From the NCBI GenBank assembly GCA_963783305.1, contig CAWAMW010000015.1:128001-192000 (forward strand): a DNA stretch of 64,000 nucleotides, written 5' to 3'. The notes beneath the pieces were generated by a model. The model made no database searches, was not told where the DNA came from, and worked only from the letters and a program-made list of their open reading frames with translations. Source of the DNA: an uncultured Gemmatimonadales bacterium. GTDB taxonomy: Bacteria > Gemmatimonadota > Gemmatimonadetes > Longimicrobiales > RSA9. This document shows, piece after piece, positions 1 through 9,844 of the stretch (position 1 is the first letter of the stretch; every line of letters starts with the position of its first letter). A program made the translations under genes and the position numbers.

Positions 1-9
1 GACCGCCGC

Positions 10-1416
10 GTGCTCATCGGGTCACAGCAGGCGTCGATGCAGTACATCCGGGACCGGCTCCCCGACCACGGGATCCTGGATGGCGGCTCCAGCTATGTGA
101 ACCTCTACGATGGCGGCGCCGACCGCGCGGTCTGGACGCTCTCGGACCGCAACCGGAGACCCTTCCTCAAGAATCTGGGCGGCGGCCGCGTCCTCCTGCT
201 CCTGCTGCTGCACCCGGTACGCACGATCCGCATGGGGCTCGTGGCGATCCTCGAGTACTTCCGCGAGGAGCGCGACCGGCTGGTGAGCCAGATGCGCGGC
301 CAGTCCACGCATTACTGGTGGTACCTGCCGTTCCTGCACATCGGAACCAACGTCGTGCTCCGCGAGCTCCAGACTCTATCCGTCCTCCTGGACATTCATC
401 TGGGCGTGCCCGCGATCTACACGACGTACAACGCATACGACGAGTTCGCCCACCACTTCGGCCCGTCTTCCCGGACCGCCTACAAGAGCCTCAGGGCCGT
501 CGACCGTCGCATCAAGGAGATCTTCAAGGCGGTGAACCGTATCCCCGGCCGCCCCTACGACGTCTACATCCTGAGCGACCACGGGCAGACGCCGTCCGTG
601 CCCTATCGGATCCGCTACAACGAGACGCTCGGCGACACCATCAAGGGGGCCGTGGAGCGCGGTGTGTTCACCATGGCCCGGACGGGGGAGTACGCTCCGC
701 CCCGGGAGGCCATCGAGTTCCTCGTGGGGGAGATGGAAGAGATCGCCGCCACATCCAGCCTCCCGACCCGAAAGGCCGGCCTGGGTCTCGGACGCTGGAT
801 CCGGCGTCATTACAACGTGTTCCCGCTGGTCGCCGAGGTCGTCCGGCCCCTGGACGACCACGACCTCGTCGTCACCTACTCGTCCTCCCTGGCGCACGTG
901 TACTGGACCGATCCGCCCCGGCCCCTCGGGTTCGAGGAGATCCGGGATGATCCGGACCGCCGGGCGCTCCACTATTTCCTCGTCGCGCACCGGGGCGTGG
1001 GTGTGGTGCTGACGCGGATGCTCGACGGTGTGCACGCCGAGAACGATCGCGGTCGTTCCCTCGTCACCGCCGGCGGTGAGGTGGAGGTGCTCACGGGCGA
1101 GGACCCGCTGGCGGTGTTCGCGCCGAGCGCGGTGGAGCGGAAGGCGCTGGTGCATCTCGTGCGGCTCGAGAACGCCGGTGACCTCGTCCTCTTCGGCGCC
1201 TACGACCCCGAGAAGGACCTCCAGGTCTGCTTCGACGACCAGGTGGGGGCCCACGGCGCCCTCGGCGGACGACAGTTCTGGCCGTTCCTGCTCACCGCAC
1301 CGGCACTGGTGCCCGAGCGTCACCCCATCTCGGACCCGCTCGACCTGCACCCTCTCTTCGCGCGCTACCCGCTGAGGGAACCCGACGACGCGGACCGGGA
1401 CCGGTCGCGGGGATAA
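10..1416 (+). CDS. Alkaline phosphatase superfamily / type I phosphodiesterase-nucleotide pyrophosphatase protein, probably 5'-truncated by the window edge
   Basis: Metal-binding motifs YDEFAHHFGP, ILSDHGQ and GAHGALGG; frame is open from the window start. Confidence 0.75.
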   Translation: MLIGSQQASMQYIRDRLPDHGILDGGSSYVNLYDGGADRAVWTLSDRNRRPFLKNLGGGRVLLLLLLHPVRTIRMGLVAILEYFREERDRLVSQMRGQSTHYWWYLPFLHIGTNVVLRELQTLSVLLDIHLGVPAIYTTYNAYDEFAHHFGPSSRTAYKSLRAVDRRIKEIFKAVNRIPGRPYDVYILSDHGQTPSVPYRIRYNETLGDTIKGAVERGVFTMARTGEYAPPREAIEFLVGEMEEIAATSSLPTRKAGLGLGRWIRRHYNVFPLVAEVVRPLDDHDLVVTYSSSLAHVYWTDPPRPLGFEEIRDDPDRRALHYFLVAHRGVGVVLTRMLDGVHAENDRGRSLVTAGGEVEVLTGEDPLAVFAPSAVERKALVHLVRLENAGDLVLFGAYDPEKDLQVCFDDQVGAHGALGGRQFWPFLLTAPALVPERHPISDPLDLHPLFARYPLREPDDADRDRSRG

Positions 1417-1485
1417 TCGGATCCTGGCTCCGCACGAATGCCGCGGCGACCCCGGGCGCTCCGTGTCACCGCGGTTCGCTGTTGT

Positions 1486-2490
1486 TCAGCTCGTGGAGAC
1501 CCCGTGGCGGTAGCCGATCATCTTGTAGAGCAGCTTCGCCACCAGGAAATCCGGCGCGTGGAGGCCAGGAATCGGCGCCAGTTCGACAATATCGGCGGCG
1601 TGCACGGTCCGCGTCTCGAACACGCGCCGCAGTAGCCGGAGCACCGGGTACCACTGGAGACCGCCCGGCTCGGGCGTGCCGGTGGACGGGACGAGGGCTG
1701 GATCGAAGCCGTCCACGTCGAAGGTGATGTAGACGTGGTCGCCGAGCCGGCTCACGGCATCCTCGATCCATTCCTCGGAGTCGTGGATGTCATCGGCGTA
1801 GAATACGTGGAGGTGGTCGCGCGATCGCACCAGCCGCGCCTCGTCGCCCGTCAGCGCCCGGATCCCCACGGCCACCAGGGACTCGACCCGCTCATGGATC
1901 TGGTGCATGACCGCCGCGTGGCTGTGCTCCGAGCCCTCGTACTCCGGTCGCAGGTCCGTGTGCGCGTCGATCTGGAGCACGCTCAGCCGCTCCCCACGCT
2001 CTCGCAGCCGCTCGGCCCACGCCGCGATCGGCGGACCCGACAGGCTGTGCTCCCCCCCCAGGAGGACCACGAAGCGGTCACCCGAGACGTCCAGCAGGCG
2101 ATCGTAGGCCATACGCAGCTCACCCATCGCCTCTGCGCCCCCCGCCCCCGTGAGCTCGAGCTGCGGCAGCGTCGTCACTCCCGACTCCGACGGCTCACCA
2201 TCCAGCTCCTGATCGTACAGCTCGATGTAACGCGACGCCTCCAGAATCGCCCGCGGGCCCCCGCCCGTGCCGCCGCCGTAGCTCGTCGTCGCCTCGTATG
2301 GTACCGGCAGGATCACCGACCGCGCCCGCTCGAACGCGCTCGCCTCCTCGTCCAGTCCCAGGAACGTATGCGGCAGCTCCCAGTGCAGCTCCCGCAGCGA
2401 TTCCGGCACACTCATGATTTCCCCATCCGCTATCTCCGATGTGGCAAGGGGACCCCGACCGGGAGCCCCCTCGTCTCGCTGATTCGGCAT
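1486..2490 (-). CDS. speB: Agmatinase (ureohydrolase family)
   Basis: Motifs PYEATTSYGGG, GGEHS, DAHTD, DVDGFDP, TGTPEPGG; GGAGG RBS before ATG at 2490 (alternative start 2415). Confidence 0.9.
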   Translation of the reverse strand: MPNQRDEGAPGRGPLATSEIADGEIMSVPESLRELHWELPHTFLGLDEEASAFERARSVILPVPYEATTSYGGGTGGGPRAILEASRYIELYDQELDGEPSESGVTTLPQLELTGAGGAEAMGELRMAYDRLLDVSGDRFVVLLGGEHSLSGPPIAAWAERLRERGERLSVLQIDAHTDLRPEYEGSEHSHAAVMHQIHERVESLVAVGIRALTGDEARLVRSRDHLHVFYADDIHDSEEWIEDAVSRLGDHVYITFDVDGFDPALVPSTGTPEPGGLQWYPVLRLLRRVFETRTVHAADIVELAPIPGLHAPDFLVAKLLYKMIGYRHGVSTS

Positions 2491-2516
2491 GTTCCTCCCA
2501 CTGTGGTTCCCCCGCG

Positions 2517-2999
2517 CTACACCGTCTCGATCGGGCAGCTGAGCCCCTTCCACTCCACGGTGTGCCCCGCCGCCTTGCACCCCGAGCACAACCCGAAGAT
2601 CTCCAGACGATACTGCGACGGCGTGAACCCGTTCTCCGCGGCGATCCGGTCCTGCAGACGCTTGAGCTCCGCCTCCTGGATCTCCGTCACCTCCCCACAT
2701 TCCTCGCAGATCATGTGGCCGTGCACAGGAAGCTGGCCGAACAGGTGCTCGTACCGCTTGAACCCCTCCCCGAAATCCCGCTCCGCCACCAGCCCGCTCT
2801 TCACCAGCATCTCCAGCGTCCGGTACACTGTGGCCTTCCCCGTCTTCTCGCCACGCTCCCGCAGTCGCCGCTCGATCTCCTCCACCGACAGATGCGCCTC
2901 CGACTCGAACACCACCTCCGCCACCGCCTCGCGTTGCTGGGTGACCGGGAGCCGCTGCTCCCGCAGGTATCGGCGAAACAGGTGTACGTAGCTCGTCAT
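2517..2999 (-). CDS. fur: Fur family transcriptional repressor
   Basis: TQQR..HLS..ATVYRTL winged helix, HGHMICEECG and C-terminal CSGC zinc sites. Confidence 0.9.
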   Translation of the reverse strand: MTSYVHLFRRYLREQRLPVTQQREAVAEVVFESEAHLSVEEIERRLRERGEKTGKATVYRTLEMLVKSGLVAERDFGEGFKRYEHLFGQLPVHGHMICEECGEVTEIQEAELKRLQDRIAAENGFTPSQYRLEIFGLCSGCKAAGHTVEWKGLSCPIETV

Positions 3000-3021
3000 G
3001 GTCCTCTCAGCGGCTCTTATC

Positions 3022-3040
3022 GACAATGATTATTGATAGC
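3022..3040. promoter_or_regulatory. Fur-box-like operator upstream of fur
   Basis: GACAATGATTATTGATAGC; its reverse complement matches 14/19 of GATAATGATAATCATTATC; AT-rich patch about 22 nt before the fur start. Confidence 0.55.
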
Positions 3041-3117
3041 AGGATTCCCGGTGTCGCGCAATTCTCACAGCGGCCGGAATCAGTCCTGTCCGGTGGGCTG
3101 CCGGAGCGGGAGGAGGA

Positions 3118-3822
3118 TCAGCGCCGGAGCCGAGGGTTCTTCTGGATCTCGGCGAGAAAGGCCTCGGCCAGCTCGTGGAGCACGGTGGCCCAGCGGTCGT
3201 CACGTCCCTCGATGTGGTGGGAGCGAGGTGCGCCTGCGGGCCCGTCCTTGATCCTTTCCACGACCTCCTCGACGAGCCGGCCGACGCGCTCGGTGGGCGC
3301 CGTGCCGTACTCGTCGAGGGCAAGCCGCGGCTCCGCGGTCTCTTCCCGGGTGGTGTAGTGGGCGGCGTAGACGCGACGTCGGTCGGCCTCGACCTCGGGG
3401 AACGCCGCCACGACGACCACCGACGTCTCGCCCGCCTCTAGCCGGCGGGGCGGGAAGACCCAGATCCGATCGATCCGGTCGATGCCGACGTCCTGTTCGA
3501 TGTTGCGGAGTAGGGCGAAGAGCGGCGCGTCGGGCAGGGAAGGCCCGTGATCCTCCTCGTCCGGCTCTCCCTCTTCACCCCCCTGCCCGGCACGGGCGAC
3601 GGTCTCGGTGGAGGTGGTGCGCAGCATGTCCCCGAACGGATCGAGGGGTGAGGGTTCCCGCTCCTCCGGTTCCTCCGTGGCGGGCTCCCGGTGCTCGGCA
3701 AGCAGCGCCTCGAGCCGGTCCGTGGCCGCGCCGCTCTGATCGGGGTCAGGGGCGTGGTCCGCCGTGGCGGCCTCGGCGCTGTCGGCGGGCTGCGGGGACG
3801 GATCCGGGCGCCTGCCGCTCAT
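3118..3822 (-). CDS. Hypothetical protein (acidic disordered N-terminus, compact C-terminal domain)
   Basis: ATGA overlap with the nrnA stop; globular-looking C-terminal part (IDRIWVFPP...VYAAHY). Confidence 0.6.
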   Translation of the reverse strand: MSGRRPDPSPQPADSAEAATADHAPDPDQSGAATDRLEALLAEHREPATEEPEEREPSPLDPFGDMLRTTSTETVARAGQGGEEGEPDEEDHGPSLPDAPLFALLRNIEQDVGIDRIDRIWVFPPRRLEAGETSVVVVAAFPEVEADRRRVYAAHYTTREETAEPRLALDEYGTAPTERVGRLVEEVVERIKDGPAGAPRSHHIEGRDDRWATVLHELAEAFLAEIQKNPRLRR

Positions 3823-4889
3823 GCGTCGCTCCGGCGGAAGAGGGTCTCCCGGACCACCCTGCGTGTGGCTTCGAGCACCCGGGGCTGCGTCGACTCCAGA
3901 GGCCCGCCAATGAGCGCGCCCGCGGCTTTGTCGTGACCGCCGCCGCCGAACTCGCGAGCGATGACGTTCACGTTCACCTCGCCATTGGATCGGAAGGAGA
4001 CCTTCGTGCCGCCGTCGAGGGTCTGACGGAACAGGAGTGCGACCTCGGTCCCTTCGATGTTCCGGGCGTACTCCGCGACCCCATCGAGGTCGTCGGCGCC
4101 GGCGTCCATCTCGTGGGTGACGGAGCGCGGAACGGTAATCCACGTGATGGGGAGGTCCGGATCGACCTGCAGCCCTTCGAGGGCGAGGCGGAGCATGGTG
4201 ATGCGCCGGAGCGGGACGGTGGCGTGGAGCCGGCGGTAGGCCGCTTCGGGGTCGAGCCCCCGATGGAGGAGATCTGCGGCGATCGCATGCGTCCGGGGCG
4301 TCGTGTTGCCGAAACGGAACGAGCCGGTGTCGCCTTCGATGGCGGTGTACAGCCCCTGGACCATGGGCGCGCTCCAGTCGCCGGCACCGCCGAGGGTGAA
4401 CAGGTCGTAGATCAGCTCGCCGGTGGCGCACGCCGAGGGGTCCCGGACGCCAGGTCCCGGTATGGAGTCGGGGGAAGTCGGGTGGTGGTCGATGACCGCT
4501 ACGGCCCCTTCCCTGATATTCTTCGCGACGCGCCCGATACGCCCGGGCTCGCCGGTGTCCAGCACCAGCAGCAGCTCGGTGGACCTGGCCCGCGAGTCCA
4601 GCGTCGTCCCCGGCTCAATGACCTCCACGCCCTCGGAAACCAGAAAGCGGTACCGGTCCGGGAACGGTGTCGGATTGAGGATCGACACCCGCTTCCCGCG
4701 CGCCACCAGCCAGGAGGCCAGCGCCGCCTCCGACCCGGCGCCATCCGCGTCGGCGTTCACGTGCGTAGTGAGAGCGATGTCGCTCACCCCCTCGATGCGC
4801 GCGAGCACATCGCGGAAGGGTTCACGACGCGGTTCGGGAACCGCCAGGATCTGGTCGATCGGCGCGGAGGCCGCAGGTTGGGTAGCCAC
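3819..4889 (-). CDS. nrnA: DHH/DHHA1 bifunctional oligoribonuclease / pAp phosphatase
   Basis: THVNADADG, LDT, IDHH, DTGSF, SFRS and GGGH motifs. Confidence 0.88.
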   Translation of the reverse strand: MATQPAASAPIDQILAVPEPRREPFRDVLARIEGVSDIALTTHVNADADGAGSEAALASWLVARGKRVSILNPTPFPDRYRFLVSEGVEVIEPGTTLDSRARSTELLLVLDTGEPGRIGRVAKNIREGAVAVIDHHPTSPDSIPGPGVRDPSACATGELIYDLFTLGGAGDWSAPMVQGLYTAIEGDTGSFRFGNTTPRTHAIAADLLHRGLDPEAAYRRLHATVPLRRITMLRLALEGLQVDPDLPITWITVPRSVTHEMDAGADDLDGVAEYARNIEGTEVALLFRQTLDGGTKVSFRSNGEVNVNVIAREFGGGGHDKAAGALIGGPLESTQPRVLEATRRVVRETLFRRSDA

Positions 4890-4948
4890 GCGCCAACTCT
4901 ACCCGGTCGGCCCGGGCCGCGGCAACCCCCCGCCACCAAAGCGCACGA

Positions 4949-6211
4949 TCAGGGAAAGAGCTTCGCCACCGTCGAAGCGATGTGCACGAGCCTCGATGCC
5001 TCCCTCCCCCGGACGGAGCCTTCCGCCAGCGCCGCGAGGAACGCGCGAGGCTCCTTCTCGAACGAGGGGACTTCCACCCAGGCGTTGCCGATCTCACCCA
5101 GAGTGTGGGCGTCGGACCCCGCACCGAGGGGGAGCGACCGCTCCCGGGCCCAGGCCTGCGCGCGCGCGTTCAGCGCGGAATCGTGCAGCCGGGCGTTGAA
5201 TCCCTCCACGGCGTCCACGAGATCCTCGATCTCGGGGAGGATCCGACCGCCGCCTCCCTTCCCGCCCGCGAAGGGGTGGGGCACGTACACCAGTCCTCCC
5301 TGCTCGTGGATCCGCTCGCAGGTCTCCCGCGCGGGTGTACCCTTTGGGATCCACTCGCGGAGGAACAGACCGGTGATGTCCACGCCCTCGGCGGTCTTCA
5401 CCTCTTCGCCGGGGATCACGCGATCGGGGAAGCGTTCGGCCAGATCGAGGGCCGCCTCGATCTCGTTGTGGTCGGTGACGCAGATCCAGCCGAGCCCCAC
5501 TTCGGCGGCCCGCTCCACCACGGCAACGGGATCGCTCCGGCAGTCGAAGGAGATCCGGGTGTGGATGTGGAGGTCCACCCGGACCCGACCGGCGGAAGCG
5601 GCCTCCTCGTGGACGCCCGACCTGCGCCGGATCTCTCGCCATGCGGCGTCCGCCCGGTCCCGAAGCGCCTCCAGGGACGCCGTGTTCTCCACCACCAGGT
5701 CAGAGCGGGCGCGCTTCTCTTCCGTGGGTATCTGCGCGTCGATCATCGCACGGGCCTCGGCTGAAGTCAGCCCGCGGTCCCGGACCAGCCGTTCGGCACG
5801 GACATCGGCGGGCGCGTCGACCAGGACGATCAGGTCGAACTCGTCCTGCATCCCCACTTCGAACAGGAGCGGGATGTCGTGCACCACGATCCGCTCACCC
5901 GCCTCCAGGAGCCGCGCCTCCTCCAACTCGCGCAGGCGTGCAACTTCGGGGTGGACGATGGACTCCAGCCGGCGCCGGGCTGCCCGGTCAGCGAAGACCA
6001 TGCGGCGGAGCGCCGCCCGGTCCAGCTGCCCCTTGAGTATGACACCGTCGCCGAACGCTTCCCGCACGCGGGCCAGGCCCGCGCTGCCCGGCTTCACCGC
6101 CGCCCGGGCGAGCACATCGGCATCGACCACCGCGGCGCCCTGCTCAGCCCAGCTCCGCGCTACGGAGGATTTCCCGCTGGCGACATTGCCCGTCAGTCCG
6201 ACCCGATACAC
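4949..6211 (-). CDS. coaE: Dephospho-CoA kinase fused to a C-terminal PHP-family phosphoesterase domain
   Basis: N-terminal GLTGNVASGKS, DAD, LDR, HP, IPLLFE; C-terminal DLHIHT, TDHN, GEE, PHP, GSDAH; one uninterrupted ORF. Confidence 0.88.
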   Translation of the reverse strand: MYRVGLTGNVASGKSSVARSWAEQGAAVVDADVLARAAVKPGSAGLARVREAFGDGVILKGQLDRAALRRMVFADRAARRRLESIVHPEVARLRELEEARLLEAGERIVVHDIPLLFEVGMQDEFDLIVLVDAPADVRAERLVRDRGLTSAEARAMIDAQIPTEEKRARSDLVVENTASLEALRDRADAAWREIRRRSGVHEEAASAGRVRVDLHIHTRISFDCRSDPVAVVERAAEVGLGWICVTDHNEIEAALDLAERFPDRVIPGEEVKTAEGVDITGLFLREWIPKGTPARETCERIHEQGGLVYVPHPFAGGKGGGGRILPEIEDLVDAVEGFNARLHDSALNARAQAWARERSLPLGAGSDAHTLGEIGNAWVEVPSFEKEPRAFLAALAEGSVRGREASRLVHIASTVAKLFP

Positions 6212-6214
6212 GTC

Positions 6215-6652
6215 CTACCTCAATCGCAGCCGCCGCCGTCGCGGAGCCCGGTACCGGATTTTCGTCGTCATGTCGTCATCGGTGTCGTACGTCATGTCCG
6301 GTCCGGCGGATATGATGGTCACGCTGTCAGGGTCCTGCTCCATGATGAGGGGCGCGCCCCAGGCGTCGAACGGCTCCACGTCGTGTCGCTCCAGCAACTG
6401 ACGAAAGTCGCTCGGGTAGGGGGCCGACGTACCCAGGTTGCGGTTGCGGACCAGCAGGCTCGCCGCCTCCGCAATCCGCGTCTCCGTCCGCAACGTACGG
6501 TACGGTGTCAGCACCGGCGCCATCGGTCCCTCCAGCCGCTCGGCCAACCAAACCCGGCTCGCATCGATCTCCGGCTGCATCCGCTGACGAAGGCTCGGCA
6601 CGAGCAGAATCGCCAGCGTGATCACGAGCACAGCCAGGATGAGCCGCTTCAT
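6215..6652 (-). CDS. Small exported protein with a GspG/T2SS-pseudopilin-like C-terminal motif
   Basis: N-terminal hydrophobic helix; DAWG...ISAGPD...DTDDD resembles the DPWG..SAGPDG motif. Confidence 0.55.
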   Translation of the reverse strand: MKRLILAVLVITLAILLVPSLRQRMQPEIDASRVWLAERLEGPMAPVLTPYRTLRTETRIAEAASLLVRNRNLGTSAPYPSDFRQLLERHDVEPFDAWGAPLIMEQDPDSVTIISAGPDMTYDTDDDMTTKIRYRAPRRRRLRLR

Positions 6653-6921
6653 CGGGAACGCCCGCTACCGCGGCTCGCGGTCATCCGGTTCGCCCAGCGA
6701 AGGAAACCATGGAGCTCGGCCGCAGTGGGCTCACGGCCGTCATCGCCGTACGCGGTATGGAGCCGCCACTCGACGTAGTCGCGCGGTGGGACCGGCAGGA
6801 AGGGGGGACGACGCCACCAGCCGCGGGCGCGGAACCGCCACGCGGCCCTCGCCATCGAGGCCAGCAGCCCCGGTCGGCGCAGCGCCCGACCGAGTATGCC
6901 GAAGAGTGATGTAGTGGCCAT
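6649..6921 (-). CDS. Hypothetical protein
   Basis: 90 aa; ATGA overlap with the downstream gene; WWRRPPFLP..Y.EWRL.TAYG looks like a conserved small family. Confidence 0.6.
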   Translation of the reverse strand: MATTSLFGILGRALRRPGLLASMARAAWRFRARGWWRRPPFLPVPPRDYVEWRLHTAYGDDGREPTAAELHGFLRWANRMTASRGSGRSR

Positions 6922-7058
6922 TCCCGTCCTAGAAAGGTATGACCGGGGAGACTTCGTACAAGATACCCCCTCTCCGGCTCGCGTGCGAGAGGCACGCCGG
7001 CGGTAGCGGTGGACGGACGGATGGCTTTACCTTATCGGGTCTTGTGACCTGAACCGGG

Positions 7059-9236
7059 ATGAGCATGGCGACGAAGGGATCCAGTAAGAAGAAAGCGAAG
7101 GGCGGCGCCCGCAAGGATTCTTCCAGATCCGGTAAGGTGCGAAAGAACGGCGGACCCGACAAGGCGACCCAGCTCGGCTTCTACCGCACCATGTTCTCGG
7201 CGCGGCGTACCGACGACAAGGAGATCGGGCTCAAGCGCCAGAACAAGATCTTCTTCCAGATCTCGGGCGCGGGCCACGAAGCGATCCAGGTGGCTGTGGC
7301 GCACCACCTCCGACCGGGGAAGGACTGGGCGTATCTCTACTACCGGGACCGCGCCCTCTCCCAGGGATTGGGGATGACGCCGTACGAGCACCTGCTCCAG
7401 GCGGTGGGTGCGGAATCGGATCCGGCGAGCGGCGGTCGCCAGATGCCGTCGCACTGGGGCCACCGCGACCTGCGCATCGTCTCCACCTCCTCCCCCACGG
7501 GCACCCAGTTCCTGCAGTCGGTGGGAACGGCAGAGGGCGCGTGGCGCGCCTCGCTGCTGGACGAGATGCGCGAGAAGATCGAAGACTTCGAGGACGACGA
7601 GGTCGTGCTATGCACCACCGGCGAAGGACAGACCTCGGAGGGGGAGTTCTGGGAGGCGTTGAACACCGCGTCCAACCTGAAGCTGCCGGTCATCTTCCTC
7701 ATAGAAGACAATGGCTATGCGATCTCCGTTCCCCGCGAAGTCGGCATCTCCGGCGGGAGCGTGAGCAAACTGGTCAGCGGGTTCCCCGACCTGCTGATCG
7801 AGGAGGTGGACGGGACGGACGTGCTGGCCAGCGTCGAGGCGGCGGAGAAGGTCGTCCGGTACGCCCGCGAGCGAAAGGGTCCGGCACTGCTGCACGCCCG
7901 GGTCATCCGCCCGTACTCGCACTCCATGTCCGATGACGAGCGGATGTACCGGACGGAGGAGGAGCGCGAGGCCGAGGCCACGAGGGACCCGCTTGTGACG
8001 TTCCGTCGCTACCTGGAGGAGGAGGGGGGGGTAACCGCGGAGGAGCTGGAGGCCCTCGAGAAGGAGGTGAACGACGAGATCAATGATGCCTCCGACCGGG
8101 CCCTCGAGCAGCCGCAGCCGGGGCCGGAAACGGCCATGAAATGGCTGTACTCCGAGGACGTGGACGCCACCTCTGACGATTTCGACACCGAGGACTCGCC
8201 CTCCTTCGAGGGTGACGAGACCACCATGGTGGATCTGCTCAACTCGTGCATGCGCAACGAGATGGAGCGGGACCCGCGGATCGTGGTGTTCGGCGAGGAT
8301 GTGGCGGATGTGAGTCGGGAGGATCTTCTCGACAAGGTGAAGGGCAAGGGCGGCGTCTTCAAGGTGACCGCCGGGCTCCAGCGGACCTTCGGCGGGACAC
8401 GGGTCTTCAACTCACCGTTGGCCGAGGCGAACATCGTGGGACGCGCCATCGGCATGGCCGTGCGGGGCCTCAGGCCCGTGGTCGAGATCCAGTTCTTCGA
8501 TTACATCTGGCCGGCGTTCATGCAGATCCGCAACGAGCTGGCCACCATGCGGTACCGGAGCGGTGGCGCCTGGGATGCGCCGGTCGTGATCCGGGTCACC
8601 TATGGGGGCTACCTCAAGGGCGGTTCCATCTATCACAGCCAGACCGGTGAAACGCTCTTCACGCACTCCCCGGGGCTGCGCGTGGTCATGCCATCCACCG
8701 CCCTCGATGCCGCGGGCCTGCTCCGTACGGCCATCCGCTCGGAAGACCCTGTCATCTTCCTCGAGCACAAGCACCTCTACCGCCAGGTCTACAACAAGAG
8801 CCCCTATCCCGGGCCCGAGTTCATGATCCCGTTCGGCAAGGCGAAGGTCGTGCGGGAGGGCACGGACCTGACCGTCGTGACCTGCGGGGCGGTGGTAAAG
8901 CGGTCGCTGGACGCCGCCAAGATCGCGGAGCAGGATGGCGTGAGCGTGGAGGTGATCGACCTGCGGTCCCTGAACCCGCTCGACATGGAGACCATCGCCG
9001 CGAGCGTCAAGAAGACCAACAAGGTGGTGGTGGCCTACGAGGACAGCCTGAGCTGGGGCATAGGGAGCGAGATCAGCGCCCGCATCGCCAGTGACCTGTT
9101 CGAGTGGCTCGATGGCCCCGTCAGGCGCGTGGCCAGCCTGGACACCTGGGTCGCGTACGCACCGCAGCTCGAGGCCGCGATCCTGCCGAACGCCGACGAC
9201 GTCCTGAAGGCCATCCGGGAGCTGGCGGACTACTAG
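7059..9236 (+). CDS. Fused E1 alpha/beta 2-oxoacid (probably 2-oxoisovalerate) dehydrogenase
   Basis: GAGHEA, YYRDR, GRQMPSH, TPP motif [31 protein letters not shown] and transketolase C domain. Confidence 0.92.
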   Translation: MSMATKGSSKKKAKGGARKDSSRSGKVRKNGGPDKATQLGFYRTMFSARRTDDKEIGLKRQNKIFFQISGAGHEAIQVAVAHHLRPGKDWAYLYYRDRALSQGLGMTPYEHLLQAVGAESDPASGGRQMPSHWGHRDLRIVSTSSPTGTQFLQSVGTAEGAWRASLLDEMREKIEDFEDDEVVLCTTGEGQTSEGEFWEALNTASNLKLPVIFLIEDNGYAISVPREVGISGGSVSKLVSGFPDLLIEEVDGTDVLASVEAAEKVVRYARERKGPALLHARVIRPYSHSMSDDERMYRTEEEREAEATRDPLVTFRRYLEEEGGVTAEELEALEKEVNDEINDASDRALEQPQPGPETAMKWLYSEDVDATSDDFDTEDSPSFEGDETTMVDLLNSCMRNEMERDPRIVVFGEDVADVSREDLLDKVKGKGGVFKVTAGLQRTFGGTRVFNSPLAEANIVGRAIGMAVRGLRPVVEIQFFDYIWPAFMQIRNELATMRYRSGGAWDAPVVIRVTYGGYLKGGSIYHSQTGETLFTHSPGLRVVMPSTALDAAGLLRTAIRSEDPVIFLEHKHLYRQVYNKSPYPGPEFMIPFGKAKVVREGTDLTVVTCGAVVKRSLDAAKIAEQDGVSVEVIDLRSLNPLDMETIAASVKKTNKVVVAYEDSLSWGIGSEISARIASDLFEWLDGPVRRVASLDTWVAYAPQLEAAILPNADDVLKAIRELADY

Positions 9237-9239
9237 GCT

Positions 9240-9397
9240 GGGCTCGCCTTCGGCTCGCGGGGGGCGGCCTAATCGGCCGCGGAGAGCGGCCTATCGGCCG
9301 CGGGGGGCTCGCCTTCGGCTCGCGGAGAGCGGCCTATCGGCCGCGGGGGGCTCGCCTTCGGCTCGCGGAGAGCGGCCTACGGCCGCGGGGGGCTCGC
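9240..9397. repeat. Tandem array of about 7 hairpin units of 20-22 nt (left arm of an inverted pair)
   Basis: Units A=ggggctcgccttcggctcgcgg and B=agagcggcctatcggccgcgg in the order A B B A B A B. Confidence 0.9.
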
Positions 9398-9792
9398 TAT
9401 CGCTCGCGGAAGTAGATGGCGCGGCGGGTGAGGATTCGGGTGGCGCGGAGAAGGAGGGAGCGGAGGCGCTGCTCCGCTGAATCGGCGACCAGCCCCCTCC
9501 GGGCGAGGAAGCTGAGGATGGCGGCCGTCTCGGTGGCGGAGCGGCAGGCGTAGCGGTAAAAGCGCGCCTTGTCGCCACGACTGTATTCCCCGTGGGCTTC
9601 CGCGGTGTTCGTCAGCACCGACAGGCCCGCGCGGCCCAGTTGGGATGCACCCCACGGTCGCCCACGGCGGATGCGCAGCGCCACCTCATCCGCCATCTCC
9701 GCGATCTCCATAGCCAGCCCGAACACCTCCTCGTCCTCGAACCTGAAGTGCTCCGCCGCCCCCGCACGTTGTCCCGCCGCTCGATCACCCAT
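9397..9792 (-). CDS. Four-helix-bundle protein (TIGR02436 / 23S rRNA IVP-like)
   Basis: FRFEDEEVF...SQLGRAGLSVLTNTAEAHGEYSRGDKARFYRYACRSATE matches the family pattern Q..RA..S...N.AEG...D..RF..AR.S..E. Confidence 0.85.
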   Translation of the reverse strand: MGDRAAGQRAGAAEHFRFEDEEVFGLAMEIAEMADEVALRIRRGRPWGASQLGRAGLSVLTNTAEAHGEYSRGDKARFYRYACRSATETAAILSFLARRGLVADSAEQRLRSLLLRATRILTRRAIYFRER

Positions 9793-9844
9793 ACCCGAAG
9801 TTCATGCCGCTCCGTGGGCAAAGCCATGGTCCAATGAGCCCGGC

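Noticed and set aside
9816..9834. Sigma54-like TGG...TTGC upstream of the four-helix gene
   Set aside because: The GG-GC spacing is 11 nt, not the strict 10.
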